This document shows positions 54,141-64,000 of a stretch of DNA of 64,000 bases, piece by piece. Location: assembly GCA_035502185.1 (NCBI GenBank), contig DATJUT010000031.1, positions 155,899 to 219,898 of the forward strand. Reading direction: 5' to 3'. The DNA is from Gemmatimonadales bacterium (GTDB lineage Bacteria > Gemmatimonadota > Gemmatimonadetes > Gemmatimonadales > JACORV01). Position 1 is the stretch's first letter. Each line of letters starts with the position of its first letter. Under the pieces are notes generated by a model. The model saw only the letters and a program-made list of their open reading frames with translations. It was not told where the DNA came from and did not search any database. Position numbers and translations under genes: made by a program.

Positions 54141-55247
54141 ATGGCCGGGTTGCTGAAGCGCGCGCGCCAGGGCGTCAAACGGCCGCTCCAGACGCTGTTC
54201 GCCGCGGCGTTGACGCTGCCGCTGGACCGCCGCTCCCGGACGGTGCGCGATCTGGACGGGCTCGAGCCGGGGACGATTCTGCTGTCGCGTACCGACCGGA
54301 TCGGCGATCTGCTGTGCTGCTCGCCGTTGCTCCTCGCGCTGCACCAGCGCTGGCCGCGCGCCCGAATCGTGCTCGTTCCGGGGCGGAAGAACCGCGCGGT
54401 TCTCGAGGGCCTGCCCTTCGTGGAGGAAGGGCCCGTCTTCCGACGGGACCCGCGCAGCTGGGCGGAGCTGGCCTGGCGTCTCGGCCACGTCAGGTGGGAT
54501 CTGTACGTGAGCCTCCGCGCGGAGTCGATGGCCGGCGCCTGGATCGGCGCCTGGAGCCGTGCCCCGGTCCGGATGGCGACGCACCGCACCTACGCCCACC
54601 CCGGGTGCAACCTGATCCTCGGGGTAGACGACTACCATCAGACGACGCGTTACTGTCGCGCAGCGGCGGCGATCGGCCAGCCGCCGGCCGCGGTCCGACC
54701 CGTGTTCCAGGTCCCGGCGGACGCCGAGCGGCGAGTCGCGGAGATGCTGCCGGCGCTCCTGCCGTCCGACGGCCGGCCGATCGTCGGCGTGCAGATTCCT
54801 CATCGGAGCGCGAGGCGGTACACGGTGCGGGCGTGGCCGGAGGACAAGGTGGTGGCACTGGTGCAGGCGCTGACGGACGACGGCTGCCGGGTGGTGCTTT
54901 GCGGCATGGGGCCCGAGCGGGTGGAGGCGCAGTCCGTGCAGGCGCGGATACCGGAGGCGGTGGTGCCCCCGCCGGTGCCGCTGGCGGTGTTCGCTGCGCT
55001 GCAGCGTCGCTTCGCCGTCTTCGTGTCGCCATTCACGGGGACCGTGCACCTGGCGGACGCCGTTGGCGTGACCGTCGTCGCCTACGGGCTGGAGGACCAA
55101 GTTCGCGGCTGGGGGGTCGTCGGACCGTCGCACCGCAACATCGGCGCGCCGCGCGTGAGCGACATCCCCGTCGCGACCGTGCTGGAGGCGGCGCGGGCGG
55201 CCCTGGCGGGCGCGGCCGTCCGGGCGGGGAAAGGACCGGGCACATGA
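54141..55247 (+). CDS. Glycosyltransferase family 9 (LPS heptosyltransferase-like)
   Basis: ILLSRTDRIGDLLCCSPLLLAL N-terminal motif, and a C-terminal GT-B half with FVSPFTGTVHLADAVG. Confidence 0.85.
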   Translation: MAGLLKRARQGVKRPLQTLFAAALTLPLDRRSRTVRDLDGLEPGTILLSRTDRIGDLLCCSPLLLALHQRWPRARIVLVPGRKNRAVLEGLPFVEEGPVFRRDPRSWAELAWRLGHVRWDLYVSLRAESMAGAWIGAWSRAPVRMATHRTYAHPGCNLILGVDDYHQTTRYCRAAAAIGQPPAAVRPVFQVPADAERRVAEMLPALLPSDGRPIVGVQIPHRSARRYTVRAWPEDKVVALVQALTDDGCRVVLCGMGPERVEAQSVQARIPEAVVPPPVPLAVFAALQRRFAVFVSPFTGTVHLADAVGVTVVAYGLEDQVRGWGVVGPSHRNIGAPRVSDIPVATVLEAARAALAGAAVRAGKGPGT

Positions 55248-56035
55248 CCGTCTCCGCGAACGGACCGAGACTCAGCGTCATCCTCATCACGCTCGACGAG
55301 GAGGAGAGGCTTCCGGCGTGTCTGGGGAGCGTCGAGGGCCTGGCCGACGAGATCGTGGTCGTGGACACGGGCTCGCGGGACCGAACCGTCGAGATCGCTC
55401 GACAGGCCGGCGCCCGAGTGGAGCACATCGCGCGCAGTGAGTTCCGGGGTCACGGCAAATCGAAGCAACGGGCGCTGGACCTCGCGACCGGGGCGTGGGT
55501 CCTGCTGCTCGACGCGGACGAGCGTCTCACGCCGGCGCTGCGCGAGGAGATCCGTACCCTCCTGGCGGGACGGCCGGCGGTGGACGGCTACTGGATCCGC
55601 CGCGACGTGTACTACCTCGGCAAGCGGATGCGGTGGGGCGGGCTCGGCCACGACTGGGTGATCCGGCTGTTCCGGCGCGAGCGCGGGCGGTGCACGCCGG
55701 CACCGGTGCACACGGGGGTCGAGGTGGATGGCGTGACGGCCCGCCTGGCGGGCACGATCGAGCATCACACCGTGCGGACGGTGCCGGAGCACCTGGTGAA
55801 GGTCGAGCGCTACGGGTCCATTCGGACAGCGGACTTCGCGGCCCGGGGCCGTACCTACCGCGCCACGGACTGGCTCCGCATGCCGGTGGAATTCGTGCTG
55901 CGGGCGTTCGTGCGCCTCGGTGTGCTGGACGGCACGCGCGGGATCGTGTGGGCGACCATCTCCGCCTACGAGAAGTGGCTGCGCTACGCGATGTTGATCA
56001 ACCGGCCGCCGGACCGGCGCGGCCCGGCCCGCTAG
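55244..56035 (+). CDS. Glycosyltransferase family 2
   Basis: LSVILITLDEEERL, IVVVDTGSRDRT, and VLLLDADE motifs. ATG 55244 overlaps the upstream TGA. Confidence 0.88.
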   Translation: MTVSANGPRLSVILITLDEEERLPACLGSVEGLADEIVVVDTGSRDRTVEIARQAGARVEHIARSEFRGHGKSKQRALDLATGAWVLLLDADERLTPALREEIRTLLAGRPAVDGYWIRRDVYYLGKRMRWGGLGHDWVIRLFRRERGRCTPAPVHTGVEVDGVTARLAGTIEHHTVRTVPEHLVKVERYGSIRTADFAARGRTYRATDWLRMPVEFVLRAFVRLGVLDGTRGIVWATISAYEKWLRYAMLINRPPDRRGPAR

Positions 56036-56036
56036 G

Positions 56037-57320
56037 GTGCCGCAGGGTGATCCCTTCGCACCTGCCGGAGGCGGCCCGCCGCGGCTAGATTCGCGCATTC
56101 CCGTGGAACAGACCTATTTCCGCAAGGGATTCGGCCTCAAGGGCGAGATCCAGGGCGCGCTGACGGACGACTACCACAGCGCCGTGGTGGACGAGGTCCG
56201 CTCCCGGGGGCACACGCTCACGCTGGGCGACCTCACGGTCCGGCTCGCGCAGGAGTTCGGTTTCTGTTACGGCGTCGACCGGGCCGTGGAGTACGCCTAC
56301 GAGACGCGGGCGAAGTTCCCCGGGAAGCGGATCTTCCTCGTGGGCGAGATCATCCACAACCCGCACGTGAACGCGAAGCTGGCCGGCATGGGGATCGTCA
56401 TCATCGCCCGGAGCGCCGCGGGCGAATTCGACTTCGCACCCGTGTCGGCGGACGACGTCGTGATCCTGCCGGCGTTCGGCGTGACGCGCGAGGACTTCGA
56501 GCGACTGCGCACCCTCGGCTCGATCTTGGTGGACACGACCTGCGGATCGGTGCTCAACGTCTGGAAGCGGGTCGAGAGCTATGCCCGGGACGGGTTCACC
56601 GCGATCATCCACGGCAAGTACCAGCACGAGGAGACGCGCGCGACGGCGTCGCAGGTCACCGACCAGCCGGGCGGGCGGTATCTCGTGGTGCGGGACATGG
56701 CGGAGGCGCGCCTGGTCTGCGACTTCATCGAGCGCGGCGACGCGTCCGGCGCGGAGACCCTGCGCGCGAGGTTCGGTGCGGCGGCCTCGCCGGGCTTCGA
56801 CCCGGCGCACGACTTGGAGCGCATCGGCATCGCGAATCAAACCACGATGCTGTCCACGGAGTCGCTGGCGATTGCCGCGGAGCTGCGACGCGCCATGACC
56901 AGCCGCCACGGCGTCGGCAAGCTGGGCGAGCACTTCCGCAGCTTCGACACCATCTGTTCGGCGACCCAGGACCGGCAGGACGCGGTGCTGCGGCTGCTGC
57001 AGGACTCGGTGGACGTGATGGTGGTGATCGGCGGCTACAACTCGAGCAACACGAACCACCTGGCCGCGCTGTGCGCCGAGCGGCTGCCGACCTATCACAT
57101 TGAGGACGCCTCGTGCATCGATGCGGCGTCCGGGACCATCCGCCACAAGCCGGTGGGTGGGCACCAGGAAGCGGAAATCGGCGGCTGGCTCGGCGCCGGG
57201 GGAGAGCGGCGGATCGTCGGCGTGACGGCCGGCGCCTCGACGCCGAACAACAAGGTGGGGGAGACGATCGAGCGGATCTTCGCCACGCGCGGGATCGCCC
57301 TGGGCGAGGCGCTGGCGTGA
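56037..57320 (+). CDS. ispH: 4-hydroxy-3-methylbut-2-enyl diphosphate reductase (long, cyanobacterial/plant-type N-terminus)
   Basis: YFRKGFG...[18 protein letters not shown]...EIIHNPHVN...[10 protein letters not shown]...[11 protein letters not shown]. The start is either GTG 56037 or GTG 56103. Confidence 0.93.
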   Translation: MPQGDPFAPAGGGPPRLDSRIPVEQTYFRKGFGLKGEIQGALTDDYHSAVVDEVRSRGHTLTLGDLTVRLAQEFGFCYGVDRAVEYAYETRAKFPGKRIFLVGEIIHNPHVNAKLAGMGIVIIARSAAGEFDFAPVSADDVVILPAFGVTREDFERLRTLGSILVDTTCGSVLNVWKRVESYARDGFTAIIHGKYQHEETRATASQVTDQPGGRYLVVRDMAEARLVCDFIERGDASGAETLRARFGAAASPGFDPAHDLERIGIANQTTMLSTESLAIAAELRRAMTSRHGVGKLGEHFRSFDTICSATQDRQDAVLRLLQDSVDVMVVIGGYNSSNTNHLAALCAERLPTYHIEDASCIDAASGTIRHKPVGGHQEAEIGGWLGAGGERRIVGVTAGASTPNNKVGETIERIFATRGIALGEALA

Positions 57321-57345
57321 GGCGGCGGGCGGCCGGGCTCGCCCT

Positions 57346-60581
<3,236 letters not shown>

Positions 60582-60594
<13 letters not shown>

Positions 60595-62234
60595 CCCTCG
60601 AGAAACCACTGGTCGGGATGGCCGCGGTAGAGCAGCCACAGCGCGCCGTCGGCGGTGCGAGCCGCGTAGTAGTCGCGCGGGCCGGATGGCTCGCCCGCCG
60701 GGCCGGGGCCGTCGTGCCGCCACCACCGGGGGGCGAGGCGCTCGGGACCGCACCACTCGGCGACGTCGTGCCAGTGGTCGCCGTGCTTGAAGGCAGCGAG
60801 CCCCGATCGTCCGAGCCGCACGTGGACGGGCGTGGGCACGGAGAGCGTCCGCAGTGCGGTGACGACCGTTTCCCCGTCTCCGGCGGGCAGACGCCGGCCG
60901 TGGCGCTGCCCGTCCGGCCGCGCGGGCGTCCAGGCGCCCTGGTCCGCTGGCAGGTGGCCGTCACGCACTTCCGGGACGGCGACGGCGTCGAGTCCCTCGC
61001 TGCCGCGGATCCGGTCGAAAGCGGCGGCCAGGGCAGAGGGGTCGGCCCAGCGCGGCGCCAGGAGATCGCCCTGCTCGCCGGAAGCGGGCACGGTGACGGC
61101 GGCGGAGAGACGAAGCGCGGTGGCGGGCTCGGGCAGCTGCCACCCTTCCAACGCCAGGCGGCAGTGGTCGAACAGGGCGTCGGGATGCGAGGTGGGCCGT
61201 GCGGGCCGCACCGCGCGCTCCGCCGCGGTGCCGTCGTCGAGCTGGAGCGCGAGCGCGATCTCGCGCGCGGCGAGCCCCCGGGCGTGGAGGGCCTCGCTCA
61301 ACGACGCCAGCGCGCCCTTCAGCACGAAGAGCAACGGCTCCGCGGTGGCGACCGGCCCGCCCAGCTCGACTTCGACGACGGGAAGCGCATCGTCGCGGGG
61401 CGTGGAGGGTCCGCGCGAATCGCGGCCGCGCGCCAGCCGGTGGGCGGCCAGCCCCTCGGGACCGAAGCGGGCCTCGACCTCGTCGGCGTCGAGGGCGGCG
61501 AGCTGGCCGAGGTTCACGAGACCCAGGCTCCGCAGCGTCTCGGCGAGGTCGTCGTCCAGGTCGAGCAGGGTGACGGGGAAGGGCGCGAGGTACCGGGCGT
61601 CGGCGCCGGGCGGCACGATCCGCGGCCGCACCGCGGCGTCGGCGGGCCTTCGTGGGTCCGCGCGTCCCCCGTAGGTGGCGGCGTAGGCGGCGATGGCGGA
61701 GTCCGCGACGCCGGCGCGGGCGGGACCGAAGCCGAGGCCGCCCGCGATGGCGACGAGCTTGCCGGCAAGCCTGGCTTCGCTGCCCAACCCCGCGGCGTCG
61801 ATCCACCACAACCCCGCGCCACCCCGCCCCGTTGCCAGACGGCCAGACGGCAAGGAGCTCATCCCCGCGCAGGAAACCCGCGGGCTCGCGGCCAGGAAGG
61901 CGGTGGTGACCTCGAGGGCGGCGCGCGCGATGCGCTCCTCGTCCCACGGCAGCGCGACCAGGCCGGCGGCGAGCGCCGTGGCCTCGGCGAGCGCCATGCC
62001 GGCGGTGACGCCGCGGGCCTGGGCCTCGCGGCTCGTGGCCACGACGCGGGGCTTGCCGCGCAGCTCGACGACGGCGACGACCGGCTCGCTGGGGCGGGGG
62101 TCGGGGCCGTCGGCCGCACTCGTCGCGCCGCTACTTTCGCGCCTTGCGCTCGGGCCGCCGGTCGGCGCGCTCCGGAGCGCGCCGATCGCGAACCGCCCAA
62201 TGCGGACGCAGGCGATCCGGCAGGGGGACGCCAA
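60582..62234 (-). CDS. imuB: ImuB-like Y-family polymerase homologue
   Basis: N-terminus RIACVRIGRFAIGAL, and VVAVVELRGKPRVVATSREAQARGVTAGMALAEA (UmuC/DinB-like). It sits between the imuA-like gene and dnaE2. Confidence 0.8.
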
Positions 62235-62901
62235 CGACCACCTCCGCGGCGCGCGGGGCGCCGCCCTTCAGCGTGGTGACGCGGAGCCGCCGCGCCGCCG
62301 GCCACGCGCCGCCCCAGCCGGGGAGCGCGGGGATGAAGCCGGGGCCGCGCACCGACGGCTCGACCGCCAACACCACCGCCGCTCCGTACCCCGGCAACTG
62401 GAAACCACTGGCAACTTGCCGTCGTGCCGTCTGCGCAACCCGTATCACCAGTGCACTGTCCTTGTCGTGCGCCAGTCGCTGCAGTCGCACGGCGACGCGG
62501 CGCACCGGCGCCGGCACGCGGTCCACGATCACCAGCCCGAAGGCGCCGGTCCGGAGCAGGACGTCGGCGCACCACCAGGCGCTCTCGTGCGCCCTGGGCC
62601 GGACGACCCAGAACGGGCCGAGGGCGGCGAGGTGGGCGGCGGCCTGGGGCGCGAGCGAGCGCTCCGCGTCCACGAGGGCCACGCCCTCATCGGAGCGGAG
62701 CGTCGCCTCCGCGAGGGCGAGGAGGAGCGTCGTGCCGCCGCTCCCCAGGGGCGCATCGAGGGCGGTGATCTGCCCGCGCGGCACGCCGGAGGGGAATGCG
62801 GCATCGAGCGCCGCGATCCCGAACCGGAGTCCCGGGCGGGTGACGGGGACGAGCCGCCGGAGCTGCTCGGGAAAGGCGAGCTGCAGGCGCGGCGAGGTCA
62901 T
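62131..62901 (-). CDS. imuA: ImuA-like (RecA/SulA-fold) protein
   Basis: GIAALDAAFPSGVPRGQITALDAPLGSGGTTLLLALAEA resembles the degenerate RecA-like core of ImuA. It is the first cassette gene ahead of imuB and dnaE2. Confidence 0.7.
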   Translation of the reverse strand: MTSPRLQLAFPEQLRRLVPVTRPGLRFGIAALDAAFPSGVPRGQITALDAPLGSGGTTLLLALAEATLRSDEGVALVDAERSLAPQAAAHLAALGPFWVVRPRAHESAWWCADVLLRTGAFGLVIVDRVPAPVRRVAVRLQRLAHDKDSALVIRVAQTARRQVASGFQLPGYGAAVVLAVEPSVRGPGFIPALPGWGGAWPAARRLRVTTLKGGAPRAAEVVVGVPLPDRLRPHWAVRDRRAPERADRRPERKARK

Positions 62902-62907
62902 GGCGCA

Positions 62908-63981
62908 CTACAGCGGCAGGACCCACTGGCCGAGGTCGTCGAGGGCCTGGGACCGGCGGCGGTATCGCCCCGCGGCCGCCTCGTCCTCGGCCCACGTGGG
63001 GAACCCCGACTCCCGTTGCAGCCGCGCGACCCGTCGCTCGAGCGCAACGGCGTACGCTTCGCTGACGGCGCCGCGCGCGTCGAACGCCCGCTCGTAGCGC
63101 GCGAGCAGCGCCGGGAAGTGCCGCGCGACGACCGGCAGGAAGACCGGCCTCACGGCCGGATAGAGCCGCAACGGCGAGGCGTGGACGAACGCCGCGCCCA
63201 CGTCCTTGGCCGCGCGCATCAGGGCACGCAGCTGGGCCACGCCATCGGTCACGCCCGGCAGGACCGGCGCGATCATCACGCCCGCCGAGACGCCGGCCGC
63301 CGCGAGCTTCTCCACCGCGCGCAGGCGCACTGGCGGCATCGGGGAGCGCGCTTCGAGCTTCTTGATGAGCGGCACGTCGGTCGTGATGAGCGAGAGGTAC
63401 ACGGTGAGCCGGCTCCGCTCCGCCAGGCGCGCGAGCACGTCCAGGTCCCGCGCCACCAGCGGTGACTTGGTGACGAGGCTGACGTTGAGACCGTGAAACT
63501 GCGCCAGCCGCTCCAGGATCCGCCGGGTGAGCCGGAACCGCCGCTCGGCGGGCTGGTAGGGATCGGTCGCCGTCCCGATCGCGATCGCCGCGTCCCCCAG
63601 GCGGGACGGCTTCAGGGTGAGCGCCAGCACGTCCGGCGCCTCGCTCTTGACGAAGACCTGATGCTCGAACGCTGCGTCGTCCCACGAAGCGGCGCCGAGC
63701 CCGCCGCCGTCGCGGCCGCGCTCGACCACGTAGCGGTGGGCGAAGCGGGCGAAGCAGTAGGTACACCCGAACTCGCAGCCGACGTAGGGATTCAGCGACC
63801 AGAATCCCATCCCCGTCTGCTGCGGCGAGTTGAGGATGGACTTGATCGGGAGGCGCACGAAGCTGGTGCCGCGCCGCCGCTGGTCCAGGAGTGCCCAGCT
63901 CACCCGCAACGTCCCCATCCGCAGACCGGGCAATACTGACACCCCGAAGCGCGCACGAGGGAATTTCCGCAGTCCGGGCAC
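62908..63981 (-). CDS. Radical SAM protein (SplB-like / 'DNA repair photolyase' COG1533-type)
   Basis: CxxxCxxC in NPYVGCEFGCTYCFARF. Its stop lies 6 nt before the imuA start. The true start may be ATG 63918. Confidence 0.85.
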   Translation of the reverse strand: MPGLRKFPRARFGVSVLPGLRMGTLRVSWALLDQRRRGTSFVRLPIKSILNSPQQTGMGFWSLNPYVGCEFGCTYCFARFAHRYVVERGRDGGGLGAASWDDAAFEHQVFVKSEAPDVLALTLKPSRLGDAAIAIGTATDPYQPAERRFRLTRRILERLAQFHGLNVSLVTKSPLVARDLDVLARLAERSRLTVYLSLITTDVPLIKKLEARSPMPPVRLRAVEKLAAAGVSAGVMIAPVLPGVTDGVAQLRALMRAAKDVGAAFVHASPLRLYPAVRPVFLPVVARHFPALLARYERAFDARGAVSEAYAVALERRVARLQRESGFPTWAEDEAAAGRYRRRSQALDDLGQWVLPL

Positions 63982-64000
63982 CCGCCGGACGGCAACTTGG

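Overview
High-GC (about 70%) chromosomal DNA from a Gram-negative bacterium. It is densely coded, and adjacent genes often share 1-13 nt start/stop overlaps (ATGA, GTGA, TTGA). The gene content suggests a Gemmatimonadota- or Acidobacteriota-like organism, but that is inference only. I call 52 protein-coding genes. I saw no rRNA, tRNA, CRISPR array, transposase, integrase or prophage gene. Most of the window is housekeeping or envelope function: queG, glpD, a fadI/fadJ-like pair, proline dehydrogenase, lon, pfk, ispH, an LPS-core-like glycosyltransferase cluster, and a radical-SAM/imuA/imuB/dnaE2 mutagenesis cassette. The strongest non-obvious signal is a short SelW/Rdx-family gene at 43075-43302 that the ORF track misses because it contains an in-frame TGA. 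That TGA sits at the CxxU redox position and is followed by a SECIS-like hairpin. Other sequence-level signals are listed here. (1) An identical 18-bp perfect palindrome lies in two divergent promoter regions 4.5 kb apart and links a TetR regulator, an EamA exporter, a GAF-containing MCP-like receptor and the SelW-pfk-helicase unit. (2) A second TetR gene is flanked by two near-identical operators. (3) An AT-rich 22-bp inverted repeat abuts the likely start of a TrmB regulator. (4) There are several unusual domain architectures: OmpA with three Big_2 domains, an aconitase-family fusion with swivel-then-catalytic domain order, and a kinase with a 2TM/coiled-coil tail. All functional calls come from motifs read by eye; no database search was run. 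Hand-derived coordinates could be off by 1 nt. CDS ends follow the supplied ORF track, and several starts were moved to internal start codons as noted.
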